This document shows, one piece after another, positions 34,028-48,543 of a stretch of DNA of 64,000 nucleotides. How positions within the stretch are numbered: the first letter of the stretch is position 1; the number at the start of each line of letters is the position of its first letter. The position numbers and the translations under genes were made by a program. The stretch covers positions 27,857,151 to 27,921,150 of the forward strand of contig NC_089281.1 of the NCBI RefSeq assembly GCF_963678975.1, written 5' to 3'. The notes under the pieces were generated by a model that saw only the letters and a list, made by a program, of their open reading frames with translations, searched no databases and was not told the DNA's origin. Origin of the DNA: Dysidea avara. Its lineage: Eukaryota.

Positions 34028-35160
34028 ACATAATTTTAAGGAGATGGAACTGTTATTTCACTGTGGTGTTATACAAAAAATTGTGTTGTTCTAATATAAA
34101 AGTGTATGAAGAATTTGACATTCTAATATTTAGCTATACACATACCACTAATATTGTCTCACTGTCACATGGTATAACAAGCTAAACTACTAACTTAGCC
34201 ACTATTGTCATTTCAGTGTAATTACACATGAACAGAACATGCAGAGTAACAAATTACTGATTGAGCATGCCACTACACTTTGGAATCATGTGCATATATA
34301 TAGCTAGCTTGCAGATAATAGATACAACAGATCTATAGAGCTGTCTTCCATTTTCTACTGCATGGTGAGTTTGTCCACTAACAGATTTGGAACTGCAGTG
34401 CATGGCTGAAAATTGTAAATGCCTATATATCAGAATCATACATTGGGTTGGTGGTCAGAAGGATTTTTGTGTGGGAATAATAAGATGAATGGCCGTAAGA
34501 GTGAAACATTACCAGCCACGCTATGAAAACTAAATTGCACATCCATGTAAGGGAGTTTTGGCCAATGAGTAAATAAAAAAGAGACAGAATGTGTGCCGCA
34601 AATTATAGCAGACTTCTGGTCACTATACAATGCAATTAAATTGTAAAAGTGCAATTGTATTCAATCCAAACACTACAACAATTGTCAGCTGTTTCAACTT
34701 ATTACATCATCAATATACTTTGATGTTGCATATATAGGCAGACAGAAGTCCCTCTTTTAAGTCATGTTCCAAATTATGTCCAATGGTCCACTTGGAGCAA
34801 ATACTATATGCACTGCTACCTGCTCCACTCCACACGTCACCCAATGTAATAGTATTGAAGTAGCAATAAATGATGCTATTCCCTCGAGATCCCAATATAT
34901 TATGATAATTGTGCGAGTTCTCGGTATACAAGCTCTGTGATGTATTCTTACTAGATATATATAATGTGTTGGTTTTTTGTTCATATTAAATGTTTATAGG
35001 TATCTGTGACATGTGTATATATACACTATACTAAATTTATTCCAGCAACCGTACAAATGCTGCAGTTATATATAGAGCTACATGTTTACAGAGTGACATA
35101 TTTGTAAAGTTCCCCATTCAGTCGCTATTTCTACTCAGTCTAGCTGGTTGGTGGTGAAAT

Positions 35161-35867
35161 ATGCAGCAAATATTAAATGTGGCCATTTTGATTCTGTTAA
35201 TGATATGTGAGAAAATTTATTGTCAGAACACAGTGAGTTATTGTTCAGTTGTAATCTACAACATACCATGCATGGCATATAGTTATTGTATGTATATAGG
35301 CATGTCACAGGAAGCTCAGAAAACTTCCTAAAAATACTTTGAGCTTTGTGATATTTCTTTTTTTTTGAAAATTATATTTGTGTTATGCCACATAAATATT
35401 CTGCTCTTTCCATGCTGCATGAAGTTCCAGTTTTGTACTATACACTAAATATATTTGGTAATTGTAATTTTATGCAGGCTCTCAACTACCCTGATATCCC
35501 AGTGACATACAGAGTTCTTTACAATGAAACAGATCGCACCAATTGTCCATTAATGGGAGACACTTCCAGTCCAGGGGAAGTACGCCTTGTGGTACCACAA
35601 GGGATTAATGGAATAAAATTAATGGAAGCTGCTGTGGCCAAGAGTACCAATTTTCGATTCACAGCTTCTTTCAGTCGGGCTGGTCTGGGATACCTCATCA
35701 CATCAATCAATGGTACAGCATCAGATGTTGCCAATTCTTGCTTCTGGATACCTTCCTTTAAGCCTTATCTGGCTAAAGAGCTTATCGTCAGTCCAGTTGG
35801 CATCAGCAGTTATTATCCAAGCTTTAATGCTGTACTGGAATGGGAGTATCGACAGTTTGATCACTAA
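35161..35867 (+). CDS. TCbeta-like secreted protein gene 4: exon 1 35161..35232 (MQQILNVAILILLMICEKIYCQNT), exon 2 35478..35867
   Basis: Donor gtgagt, acceptor tatgcag. Exon 2 encodes ALNYPDIPVTYRVLYNETDRTNCPLMGDTSSPGEVRLVVPQGINGIKLMEAAVAKSTNFRFTASFSRAGLGYLITSINGTASDVANSCFWIPSFKPYLAKELIVSPVGISSYYPSFNAVLEWEYRQFDH*. Confidence 0.8.
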
Positions 35868-36855
35868 CATGGACATAATTATTGTCAGTGGACTACTTTA
35901 TTGATATACTCTGCAGCATGCATGCAGTATAGTATTTATCATAATATGCATATGATTCTTGTACCTTCATTTCTCATGTATATATAGCCAAGCTTGCATA
36001 TTATATTGACTGTTGAATATAGGGGAGCTGGGATATGTTACATGCTTGTACGTTATTATGCACAGCAGCAGCATGCAGTCCATAGTTATATAGATGCTCA
36101 TGCTCCACACTGGATGGTATCTAGCTGTATGCAAACACTGTAAGTCCTATGGTCAGGCAGTTACATAGTTTAGATCAAATAGCTATATCCATACGGCTTC
36201 CTGGCCTAACTGTATCCATGAACAAAGCCTATACTTAGCCTATTAGCTACAATTATAGTTGAACTACTCAGTTGCCATAAAAATGTTGAATCTAATGGTG
36301 TATTATGATGTGCCGGCATAGTCTGCATACAGTACATATTGTTTGGCATTGGGCAATAGCTTCCACTGTAACTGCATAATGTAAACCACGTGATTATTTC
36401 TATAATGCAGCTGGGTGGAAGGGTATATAGCTACCATGGCTCCTACATGTGAATCAGAGACCCTGCTATATTTTTAGTAACCCCGCACTATACATACAGT
36501 ATAGCATCCAATTCATTAACTGTAATTTCAATCAAACATAAATTATAATGATCTCAGTCTTTTTTTCCTTGGTGCTGTCTTCCTAGTATGATGCCTATAC
36601 ATGGGAAAAGGAGGTATCACATAGCATGGCTGCATCTGACTACAGATTCTATCTCTGCATAAGCTACTCCAGCACATGCTACAGAAATTAAGTCTTGCCC
36701 TTTGGCCGGAAGCAAGTCTTCATATGCGATTTATACCGATGAAATAAATGATCACGTGATGCACTTGGTGCTACGGTATTATATAAGATTTACTTTTTAA
36801 GACCTCAGAGACTGTCAACTGAACTAGTCAATTTTAAGATCTTAGAAATCGAGAA

Positions 36856-37791
36856 ATGGAAAACCAAGTATTGATCTTCATAACAATCATGTTGTGCACC
36901 TTGGCATTCCAAGAAGCTAACTGCATGAGGAGGGGGAAGCAGGTACGTAGCTACGTAGCTAACTCTTCCGCTGTCACGGGAAAAATCGGTCCAGCCTTTG
37001 GATACCAAACTGGTCGGGCCGGACCATTCTCACCAGCTAGTTTTGGTTCAAAAGTTGAACGATTTATAGCTAGCTAACTAGTTCAACTCAGTTTTGAACC
37101 TGGTCGCTCCACAACTCAAGAGCGCCAGCTCCTTTTCAGTTGGCCCCTGAACTATAGTATGATGCAGTAGCTCAGTACAGTAAATTAACAATTGATTAAT
37201 CAGTGCATTGCTATTTGACTAGTGGGCCCGGGTAACTCATAATTGTAGGAGCTAAAGGGCATTCATTTGAGCGATTTTCAGGCTGATTAACTGCACTCAT
37301 ACATTTATTGTTATAGGCATTATAGCCAGCTAAAAATGAAGGAAGAAATTTTAAATCACAAAACAATTATTGTAACTATCTTTCCTTGCATGTAGGCTCT
37401 CAACTACCCTGATATCCCAGTGACATACAGGGTGATCATCAATGAAGTGGACCGTGCTGATTGTCCTTTAGCTGCTACTGCTACCAGTCCTGGTGAAGTA
37501 GAGCTTGTGGTGCCCCAAGGAACCAATGGTATTGAACTGATGGAGGCTGCTGTAGCTAAAAACAAAAATTTCAAGTTTACTGCGTCCTTCAATGATGCAG
37601 GATTGGGCTATTTCATTGAATCAATAAATGGGGTTGAGGGAGATGTTGAAAATTCTTGTTTCTGGACACTGTCTTTCCAGCCTTACCTTGCCACTCAGCT
37701 AGTCACCAGTCCAGTTGGAATCAGCAGCTACTACCCCAGCTTCAGAGCAGTAGTCCAGTGGGAGTACCGACGATTCCAACATGAAGATTAA
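36856..37791 (+). CDS. TCbeta-like secreted protein gene 5: exon 1 36856..36942 (MENQVLIFITIMLCTLAFQEANCMRRGKQ), exon 2 37396..37791
   Basis: Donor gtacgt, acceptor ttgcatgtag. Exon 2 encodes ALNYPDIPVTYRVIINEVDRADCPLAATATSPGEVELVVPQGTNGIELMEAAVAKNKNFKFTASFNDAGLGYFIESINGVEGDVENSCFWTLSFQPYLATQLVTSPVGISSYYPSFRAVVQWEYRRFQHED*. Confidence 0.8.
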
Positions 37792-40700
37792 GCAACATTA
37801 ACTTTGATCTATATAACTAGTCATGTTAATGGTGTTGTTGATATATATATATGTGTGTGTGTGTGTGTAGCTGCACGCTATAATTTTATAAATGTATAAA
37901 TGCATTACAGTCAACAATCAGTAATTGTCTACTACAAATTATGACAGTGTCCCAGTGCCATTGCCATTTTACTGTTCATAATGCAACGTTGCATGCATGT
38001 ACATTACTTAAAGATTATAAAACTCACTCCATTGAACTGCAGTGAACAAATCAAGACTCAGATTTCAATCTACCCTCCATGTATTTATACCACTGAAAAA
38101 GGAAACCCATGTAGCTATATATATATATATATATATATGAAAATGAACAAAGCCAATCAGTACTTTCTCAGTCGAGAGAGACTCCGGATCTTAAAGGGTA
38201 TGCATGGCTATAAAATGTCCTATTTGCAATATACAAAGATTGTTTAGACTTCAAATAAGATTCTCAATGCAAAGATTGCAGTGTTTTCTGAGGATGTCAC
38301 CTGCTCTCTAGTTAACTGATTGATGTGGGGTGATTTCCCATACTCAATTACACTAGTCACCTACAGAGTATCTTTTATAGTGCATGCACGGATGAGGTTT
38401 GTCATTAATATAAGTAATGCACCATGCAGCTATATCAGTTCAGTATGATGATTTCTAACATGTATAATCATAAAGTTAAGCAAGGCCACATGTATGTTTC
38501 TGGTCTGCACCACAAGTAGTGCACTGCAATAACAATAAAATTTAAAGAAGAGCTTCGGGGCCAATTTGGAAGTTGGCATAGGCATGAAAAGTTATAGGCA
38601 ATCATAGCAGTATATGTAGAAGTGTGCACTTTTCATATCTGTTACCAAAAACGTATCAGGCAGAGAACCAGAAACATTGATTTTTTGCAGCCTATATGGT
38701 TTAGGTGCACAGTATACACCATAATAGCCTGAGACACAACACTGTAGCTATGTTGTGCTATTAATTTTATGGTCAATAAAAATGTCGCATGGTCTAAAAC
38801 TCTAAATTGATAATGAACTTTGCTGCTGACATGCTACATGCATTGTTATCATTATAGGATAGTGTCTCATGTTGTATAGCTTTGTGACATGATATTGCAT
38901 CATAAGGGATGAGTCAACAATATTAACAGATAGATGATATAATTCTCTGTTGTCTTATGATTTCCTCAACTAGTGGGTCACAAAATTACTGCAATGACTT
39001 TTGTGGATGCTGTTTGATAAACATATATTATAATGATATCATACTGTTGACTGTGTTACAGTATATTATAGCCGGTCAAATGTATAATAAAACATTTAAC
39101 AGGTACATGACTATAAAATAATTATATCAGAGACTGTAATAATTTGTGTGTATCTCTACATGATGTAATTATTGCATCACGTTGGGAGTAGTCATTATAA
39201 AAATTTTAACCAGCTGGCTGCTGACCTTGCTGTACTCATTCACACTTTTATTTAATTTATTTATTAATACTTTACAGATCAACATACAAAATTAAACTAA
39301 AGAGCTTAAACGATTAAATTACAGACCTCAAGTTCTACCAGTGTCTTGCACTGGTAGCCATAATTAATTAATTACTTATAAATTTCAATTAGCTATATAT
39401 CTACAAATAATAATTATTACAAGGGTTAGCTATAGAGAGTACAAGTTAAAGAATAAAATAGTTTATATATAGGAGCTTGAATGTTTAAACATTTGGAGCA
39501 GGGGCAACAGAAGTAAAAAGTACATAGATTGTTACTGTCAAAATTGTTAACAAAATGATTCCAAAAATAATTCTTTGAGTTTGAATTTGATAGTTTGGAG
39601 GGTTTGGGATAAGTCAATTAATGGTAAGCTGTTCCACAATCTGGGTATACGGTAGAAGTAGGAATTCATATGACACTGTTTTTAGATGCTGTCATGTGCC
39701 TGAGTTTGTATCCTGCTGATCTTGTGGGTCCAGAGATAAATTCTACAAAGTTTAATATTTTGAACTTTTCAGATGGAAATTTACTGATTTTATAAAAAAA
39801 AACACATGATGTCAGCTAAATCGTATATATACATGAGTGGAAGTACTGGAAGAAGTTTCAGTTTCAAGAGCCTATTAGCTATATAGTCTGTAAATTAAGG
39901 CACACATGCACCATTATATACATAGTTTTACCATGAATGGCACAGGTAAATGGCCTGCGTGTGAGGAGAGCCTCCATGATACACAGTATTCAGCCACAAG
40001 AAGTTATTGGAATGCTTCATCAAACAAGCACCAATGATGCAATATGATATAGCTATACCCGTATGTGGCATATTGATATAAATAGCAACATAGTATCACA
40101 TATGCACATCTCAGATATACGTAAGAAGAAAAACTGTAACACTGAATGAGGTGGATGAATATTTATGTTATTTAATTTCTCACTAGCTTACACATGTACG
40201 TGAATGGTCGAAGTTCAAGCATGCTCACCAATTATTATTATTATCCACTGCATGTTAGAAATAGATATGTATCTTCTATATGGCCCAGGGGTGTATTTAG
40301 GGGGTTTTCCTGTGGTTCAGGAAACCCCTTCTGAAATTTTAGTAGGCTTGCAGCACTGAGTAACACCAGACTATATATCATAGTTTAGCAGCACAAACAC
40401 ACAGAACAAATGGGAACAGAGTAGGGCAGTGTGCATGGCTACAGTGTAATAGGAAACTTGCATTGATTCCTCAAAAATGGAATAACTGAATAAGGAAGAA
40501 CAAGGGTATGCTCGGGTATTTGTATAAAGATCTAATAGAGCAGTCAGATGCATGTATTCCAATAGAGCAGTCAAAACTACTCTAATAGAACGTTCGTAAC
40601 GGAACAAAAATGGTAATTGTATTACAAATGTAAAACTTAGCAATTAGCTATATATAACTTGAATGTTACATCTTGAATTTTTCATTTCAATTGATATGAC

Positions 40701-42094
40701 TATTGTCAAGCTGAAAATAGCCATAAAATCATAAATCTAGACAGTATAGCATTTTAGTGTACATGATCTGTCAGCAGCTCCATGCCCCCAGACCTTACTA
40801 CCAAACCTGGAGACCACCTTGGATACGTCCCTGTATATGCCATGGATCTTTACCAAGCAGAACAATTTAAGTGTTTAAAAACTTCTTGCAGAATTGTTAT
40901 TTGCCCTTAAAACCTTGTGTAACTTCTTTGCTAAATATTTAGCTAATGAGCATTGTGCACAATGTGTCCATGCTGGGATTTTAAGTATGCAGAGAAGATT
41001 CCAGATCTCCTTTCAGTGATACATGTATGTGTTGGAGGTCTTGAGCTTTTTCTGCATGGGTTTTAGTTTCAAGATTTGGGGACCTATAGTTTTGGCCTTC
41101 TCACGTCAAGTCCCCTATACTGGATTAGCACTTCATCATGAATCATGAATTATAAACAGATTATACTCATGTAGTGTAATACTATTATTTGTACAATATA
41201 GAACTGAAAGACTCAAACACCCAGCAATGTTATGACATGTTATGCTGCATGTGTTGTTGAGACACTTGTATAATGCAATACATGGGTGTGTGTGTTTTAC
41301 CAAAATATGCATCAATTAGAACAGTAACAGCATCAATATGAGGGACAAACCAATTCTCAATATTTGACTACATTGGAACAAATTATATAACACATAAAGT
41401 ATGATTATAGCTAATCAAATGTGATGTTGGAAAGCAAATCGATATAATAATGATATCAGTCATTATTGGTATCACGCAGAGATTTACAACTCCCCACAAT
41501 TCTGCCCCATGAGCATGTATTCTAAAACAACAACATCAGAAATCCAGTCCATAATGTATTAGAGCTTACGGGACATTCTTATGTACGTGTATAGGTAAAC
41601 TATATATATATAGAGGGACAGACTTCTATATGTCTGCATGGTTAAGTTCAAAACTTAACCCATGAATTGAATCTTTTACCTGTTGCAATTGAGACTTAGC
41701 TGTAGCCTAGCTTATACCCATGTGACATAATCATTACCCGAGATTCATTGGTACACTATTATTACTCCATGCAGTAAGATTATATCCTCATGCAAACTAT
41801 ATCAACTATAGTTACAATAAATCAATGGCTATATATAAATCAGCCATCCTAAATATGATTAAGCACAACTGTTTCTATTGAAAAGCTACAGCTGCATGCT
41901 TATACAAATGCTTATACAAATGCAATACTTATTCAAAGATAGATTTAAATTATTTATGCATTACAGTAGAGTACAAAATCCTTTTAGATCACCAGCCTAG
42001 CTAGCTTAGATGGGTGGTCTAGAAGGATTTTGTATTCCACTGTAATGCTTTTTACTGCATAAATTATGTGAAACTAAACCAGTTTGTGTGACAA

Positions 42095-42420
42095 GTGACA
42101 TTGTGCTGTAAAGCCTTAATAAATAAACTGATATCCATTTGGTTCCACATGGGGTACTTAGAGATAATAAGTCACTCTCTAGAGTTCCTATATGGATACA
42201 TATACATGAAATTGACAAGGAGAAAACATCCTGACCACCTGACAGACTCCGGCTGTAAGCGATCGAGCGTTAATCGGATGGCTGCAGGTTTGAGGCTGCC
42301 CAGGTCCAGTCATGGATTTTTCTCCTTTCTCCACCTTTTCAAATGCACTTTCTGTAACAACTTTACACAGGCTGTAGGATCGACCCTCAGCACTTGTGCT
42401 GTAAAGCCTTAATAAATAAA
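42095..42420. repeat. SINE-like ~300-bp interspersed repeat family B, copy 1
   Basis: Shares long blocks (gctgtaaagccttaataaataaact...cagactccggctgtaagcgatcgagcgttaatcggatggctgcaggtttgaggct...caggctgtaggatcgaccctcagcacttgtgctgtaaagcc) with copies at ~47525-47760, ~50820-51010, ~51040-51250 and ~51290-51545, in both orientations. Confidence 0.65.
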
Positions 42421-45115
42421 CTTAAAACATAAAAATCACAATTAAGCCGCAATGCAACGCAACAAGTGACATATTCACAATTAGTAACTAAGGTTTGTTG
42501 GTCTATATAGCCTGAGAATATAATTATTTTTTTTTAAATTGTGGTATATATAATTGTAGCCTGAGAATATAATTTAAAAAAATTAAATGAATTGACACTC
42601 ACTAATTAAAATTAGACTAGTACTTCTGTTGGTGTGCCTCCCAGGACAACCCTAATCAGTGAGATATGTATTGACTTACCCACGTCTCTTTGTGATGTGC
42701 ATGTGATTAGCATGTGACTATACCATAGTTACGATTTTATACACAAGTACAGAGTTATTACATGTTTATAATGAACACTTTGTAGTATCAATAGTTGACT
42801 TTTCTTTGTTGGAATATAATGTATGCTGTGGCTACATACATGTACATACAAGAGAGGATCCAACGTTTTGAAAGAGGCGGTAAACCAGGCTAGTTATGAG
42901 TTAGGGGTCTGGGTAACACATCTATAGCCCCCTAAAGCTTTAGGCATTTTATAAAATTAATTTTAGCACTGAAAGTTCTAGTAGTTTTGTGTACAAAATA
43001 CCGAATTGTAGAGATCAATGATATACAGTGGTAATTCCTATAAGTATAATTTATGATAATTCAGTAGCTATGGCAGCTAACTATCACAAATTATTACCTT
43101 TTGCAGTGATATGCCATGAACATACTTGTTTCCTTTTTGTATAGGATTTTGCATTGACTGCATCAACAGATTGCGATCATCTCAGACTCAGCGTATTTTT
43201 ACTATTACGTATTTTTACAAACTGCTCAAGGACATTGGTATATCTGTCAAACCAAAGCAATGAGAACAAATTCAATCTCAGCAGGCTAGACTTTCAAAAT
43301 TTTTCTGTGGGAGGCATGAATGCTTCATGCACATGCTGAGTTTGAGTGCACACCGTAGCTACTATAGTTGTATCAAGCATATGTATTGCTTCCTATACCA
43401 TCATGTGACTTTTCAGGAAGCTGCAGGCCAGCTTCTCATATCTATAAATCTATAAGCACTGTCAGTTTACTAAATTAATCTTTTTTAGAGAGTAGTAGCT
43501 TACCCTTTTATACTTGAAAAGAGAATTTTGAATGTGTTACAATGTAATACATTCAAAAATGTGTTACTTTCAATAACACCTGGCCATATTTCTTTGAAAT
43601 GCATCAAGCGATTAGCCAATAGAATTAGTATTACACTTGTTCGTCAAGGTCCCTTAATTGACAAAAATCTGTAATAACTTGATTAGCTATGTCTGATTCG
43701 ACTAGTGTCAGTTGCATAGTGATAGATGCCTCATAACAGCAACAATTTGGTTGTTTAGCAATGGTTGCTGGGTAACTGTTGTTAAGGTAACATGACTTTA
43801 GATGGTGTGATTAGTCTTTTGCTGGTGCTTAGTAACAGTTGCTATAGTTGCCAGATTAATTTGTATAGGATGACTAGTTGTGGCATTCCCTTAATAATTC
43901 TCAGTTTGTAAACAGGGTTATGCTTTACCTCACACTGAGTGCCCAGCTATAGGGGCATTCATAGTGGGTGCTAAAAATGTGGCAACTGGTTGATACAACT
44001 ATTGTGTCTATTAGAGTATTTCAATGTTTAGCAGTTTACTCTTTGATCCCCTCCTGTTGATTCCTAGAAGAGATTAGCTCTCTTCTTCTCATTGTTTCCA
44101 TGTTTTCATTGCCCATGTGTGCTGTAGATGCAACTTCACCTGTACTGTAGCTTCTACTAGCTATAGCACAAATATAAAATTTGTATCGGAATATCACAGC
44201 CAACCATCCTACTACATATTATACAAATACTATAGAGTGGTTAAACAACAAATTTTGAAAAAATAGTATAATTTTACAAGAATCGTTCATTTAGATAAGC
44301 CCTGTGTGATGTAAACTAAATGATTTGAGATACAGACCATATATGGTGCCACATCAAAATTATTACTAAGGTGTGTTTAAGACTTATAGCTATTTCCATA
44401 GGTAGCTATATTCCCTATAGGTAGCTATATTCCCTATAGGTAGCTATAGGGAATATATAGAGTCTATGTATAAAGCCAAACACATGGACTTTGAAATCGT
44501 CTGTGGCCGCTTGTGCAGATTTATTTTGCAACCATTGTATTAGACTGTTTTCAATATTTCAGAGACCCAGTTGAACACAAGTAATATGTTTCACCTCTAT
44601 GGCTTTGCACAGTATGGCTCCTTGTGTTTCTTAAGATAATGACCTGGTGAACTAGCTGGATGGACATCTTCTGGGTCTGATTGTAATAAAATGCAAAGTT
44701 ATAGCTTTCATACACTATTGAGCATTTCCCATATGTTTTTATACTTGTCAGGATTTATGTGCATGAATAGTGGCATCTTATAATATGAAATGGTATGGAA
44801 TGAGTAAAGTTTTACTAGTTTGGTAGTGTTTTTATTGCAAGAGAAGCATGTTGGCATGCTCTCACAGGAAATAAAACTTCTGAAGTTGAATATGAGAGTG
44901 ATTTAAGCAGTTTATCAAATACCATTATATTATTATTATTGAATTAGGGTGACTGTTCTATTAGGGTATCTCAATCATGCTTGACCAATTTCTGGAAACC
45001 CCAGAACCCCCTTTGAGGTGTCCCTGTAAATGTGTTATTTAACAAGATAATATAGTCACTATATATGTAAATATAGTCACTATATATGCAGTTTGTCATA
45101 AACGTTTGCTTGTGT

Positions 45116-45502
45116 TCACTCAAGTTGTCGGTATTCCCACTGGACAACAGATTTATAACTGGGGTAGTAGCTGCTGATTCCAACTGGACTGCTGATGAGT
45201 TCCGTGGCAAGGTATGGCTGAAAAGACAGTGTCCAGTAACAAGAATTTTCAGCATCTCCTGGAACACCATTTATTGACTCAATGAAGTATCCTAGTCCTG
45301 CATCATTGAAGGAAACAGTAAACTTGTAGTTGCTACAACTGGCCACAGCAGCCTCCATTAGTTGAATACCATTGATCCCTTGAGGTACTACCAGATGGAC
45401 TTCCCCTGGGCTGGTAGCATTCTCTGCTAGAGGGCAATCAGGACGATCCACTTCATTTATGATAACCCTGTATGTCACTGGTATATTGGGGTAGTTTAGA
45501 GG
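45116..45502 (-). CDS. TCbeta-like secreted protein gene 6, exon 2 (domain exon); proximal exon 1 not found
   Basis: Acceptor ttttctag on the minus strand, exon starts at 45502. Encodes PLNYPNIPVTYRVIINEVDRPDCPLAENATSPGEVHLVVPQGINGIQLMEAAVASCSNYKFTVSFNDAGLGYFIESINGVPGDAENSCYWTLSFQPYLATELISSPVGISSYYPSYKSVVQWEYRQLE*. The C-terminus is shortened by an indel relative to gene 7. Confidence 0.7.
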   Translation of the reverse strand, partial: PLNYPNIPVTYRVIINEVDRPDCPLAENATSPGEVHLVVPQGINGIQLMEAAVASCSNYKFTVSFNDAGLGYFIESINGVPGDAENSCYWTLSFQPYLATELISSPVGISSYYPSYKSVVQWEYRQLE

Positions 45503-46496
45503 CTAGAAAAATGGATACATATGCATCCATACACAACACACAGAGACTAACTACAGGAGTATAAGTATATACACTATAATGTGTGGGACCGACCTGAGCA
45601 ATAAATCATATACAGTTGTGTATGTGTTGTGCACAAATGTCATACACTAAGAGATTCAAGGGCATGCCTTCAAAAGAAATATATGGCATCTCACATTGAG
45701 TACTTTTTTCAGTGTGTTACAATTAATTCCACTGAGAGAGAGTGTGTGTGTGTTATGTGTGTGTGTGCGTGCGTGTGTGTGTGTGTGATTGAGCTTGCAT
45801 GTGTATGGATACAAAATTAAAACATTTAGCTAGCTATATTATGTCTCTTAGCATGATAGCTTTAAAGACAAGTTATTACAAAATGTAATCAATAACTACC
45901 TTGTATCAGTGCAAAAGTAGCATTGTCAAAATAACTTTAATTTGAAGATCAAATCTTCTTGTTGTGATTGCCTCTGCATGTTTACAAGGATAGGTATCAA
46001 AACACTCTGTGAGTAAGATACTGATACGAACTATGAATGGACTTTAGAAGTGCTATGAGTTATAATTAGTCTTGGTGTTAGGTGTGTAACTGAGAGGCTC
46101 AAACACCCAAGACAAAAACCACTGGATAAAATCAATGTGCATGGAGAGTGGGTATAGTACCAGTAACTATATGTACTCCTAGGTGGTAAAAGAAGGGGCA
46201 GAGAACAGTGGGGGGTAAGTCATGTGAGGTGACTGTAAATTTAAAAATCAACAACTGTACCACAATAGTGTGCAAGTTAACTGGGGTGTCTGGGGGCATG
46301 CTTCCACAGGAAAATTTTGAAATTTGAATACTTTGAGATTGAATCTGAGAGCATTTTCAGTGGTACATGTGTACTTGAATAGGATATTAAGATCAAAATG
46401 GATATTAAGCCGGCACTGGTTTTCAAGCAAGGAACAGATATTTGATTGGCTTTACTCATTTTGACATTAGGAATTCCTCCTATACATTTGTAGGAT

Positions 46497-46612
46497 TATT
46501 GACAGTGCTTCTAGGATTAGGAACAGCGCCCCTAGGATTAGGAACAGCACCCCTAGGATTAGGAACAGCGCCTCTATATAGGATTAGGAACTAGTATTAG
46601 GAACAGTACTCC
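46497..46612. repeat. 21-bp tandem repeat (aggattaggaacagcgcccct) x ~5
   Basis: Direct tandem repetition with minor variants. A second 21-bp triplet repeat (ccctataggtagctatattcc) lies at 44400-44465. Confidence 0.8.
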
Positions 46613-47938
46613 TAGGTTTAGTGTTAGGGTTGGATTCAGCCTTGGTTTGTTCTTCACTTTTGTTACTAATATATAGAGGTTTCTTCATTTTCACATTTAA
46701 AATCTGAGGTAGAAACTAAGGGAGATGGGTAGTTGGAAGCACCGTGGTACAGTGGTCACGACAATGGAGTGAGATGTGTCTTGGGTTTGAATCCTCAATT
46801 CACCACAGATCTTTTTCTGTTCAGTACCCTTTCAGTGACATGTTTTTCTAAGTTTTTTCAATTAACATTCTTTCTGCTGGCTTTATATCCTCTACCTATT
46901 AAGATACTGTACAATTAGCATTTCAGATAGACTCTCATGCTCTTGATTATGTATATTATGTGTTAATGGAGACAGATTGAAGTAACTGCATAACAGAACC
47001 AACCTATAGTGATTCCACTGAATGCTCTATTAGAGTAGTTAAATGACTGCTCTATTAGAGTATCTAAATCTCTTGCACTCCCAGCACTGATTCATGCAAT
47101 ATTCCATTCTTGGATAACACTTCAAGCCACTGCAAATAAATTCTCTGTTTCCCATCCTGGACTCAGGTAAATTTGCATGTGGGCGGGCAGTCCATTTCCA
47201 TTATAAGATTGGCAGCATTTCAAGCCATTATTTGCCAGGCACAGCCATAAAATGCTGTGCATATAACAGTATGCTTAAGCTTGTACCTTCCTTTTAAGTT
47301 GCAAAAAATAACACTAACATGAATTTGTGCCACCTTGATAGCACTGCTGACATGTGAGCTGACATTGTTACAAGATGGCCTGTACAGAATGCAAGAATAA
47401 CTGGAAAACACGGAATAATGGAATATTTAGAGCTGACAGTAACCAGATGCGGGCGGTGGACAGGAAACTTTGGAGTGGCCTTAGCACAAATCCTAGTAAA
47501 TCATAGCTAAGTTTTTTATTTTTATTAATGCTTTACAGCACAAGTGCTGAAGGTCTGTAGGACACCTGGTCCTACAGCCTGCTCAAAGACTTTAGCTGTG
47601 TTTGAAAAGTTGAAGAAAGGAGAAAAAATCCATGACTGGACCTAGGTAGCCTCGAACCTGCAGCCATCCGATTTACGCTCGAACACTTACAGGAGTCTAC
47701 CAGGTGGTCAGGATGTTTTCTCCTTGTTATTTTCATGTAACTATATCCATAGGAATTCTAGAGAGTAAGTTAATTGGCTAATGACTAAAAATAGGTACAA
47801 TAGTTGCTTTACTTTAGCAACTGGTCATCGAGGGGGTACTTCCCCACCACTCTTCAAAATCATGAAAATGGAAGGGCATTTGCCCCCCTCCCCCCCCCCC
47901 CGGGTCAAAAGTGAACAAAAATAGAGATTATCACTCAC

Positions 47939-48001
47939 CACATCCATGCAGTTGATTTCTTGGTGCACTACCAATATTATCAGTATTTGCAATAGAAACA
48001 T
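47939..48001 (-). CDS. Orphan signal-peptide exon of the TCbeta-like family (MFLLQILIILVVHQEINCMDV, donor gtgagt); candidate distal exon 1 of gene 6
   Basis: 63 nt, phase 0. Nearly identical in structure to gene 7 exon 1 (MIQQIFLLIILIAYKETNCIDV, donor gtaagt), including the flanking gataatc. It would imply a ~2.4-kb intron to 45502. Confidence 0.45.
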
Positions 48002-48081
48002 CTTTAATTTGTGCCTTTCACGTCAGCTACATAACCGAGCATAACCATGGTAACAAAACAAAAAAATCTACACTGGCCGCG

Positions 48082-48543
48082 CCTAGTCTCGCGTAGCCAG
48101 ACCCTATTTCTCCGCACGGCGCTTATCGATTGGAAATTATAAGCGCCTGCTCCGAAACGCGCCTGCCGTAGAGCACGAGCCAGAACATAGATTTATTGGC
48201 TCAGCGTAGCTACTCAGCAGAACAGGCTGCAGAACGGAACATACGGATTCCAGGGACGGGTTCACTACTAGCTCTGAGTACCGTATTAAAAGGCAAGAAA
48301 ATTTCGTGGTATTAAATTTTCGTGGTACTGATTAAATTTTCGTGGATTGCCAAAAATCAGTAATTTTTTGTGGAACTAATTATCTACGCAACAGTGGAAA
48401 TTTTGAAAACTGACATTGGTCACAACTCTACTTGCAGTTCACCTCTAGTCTCGCGTGGCCAGACCGCTTTTTCTCAGCACGGCGCTTATCGATTAAAATT
48501 ATAAGCGCCTGCTCGAAAAAGCGGTCTGGTCACGCGAGACTAG
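48082..48543. mobile_element. MITE family C (TIR cctagtctcgcgtggccagaccgc), containing a perfect ~100-bp palindrome at 48442-48543 and three aaattttcgtgg direct repeats
   Basis: tagtctcgcgtagccagaccc at the left. At the right, tagtctcgcgtggccagaccgctttttctcagcacggcgcttatcgattaaaattataagcgcctgctcgaaaaagcggtctggtcacgcgagacta. Related termini at 58335-58365 and 61264/61698. Confidence 0.65.
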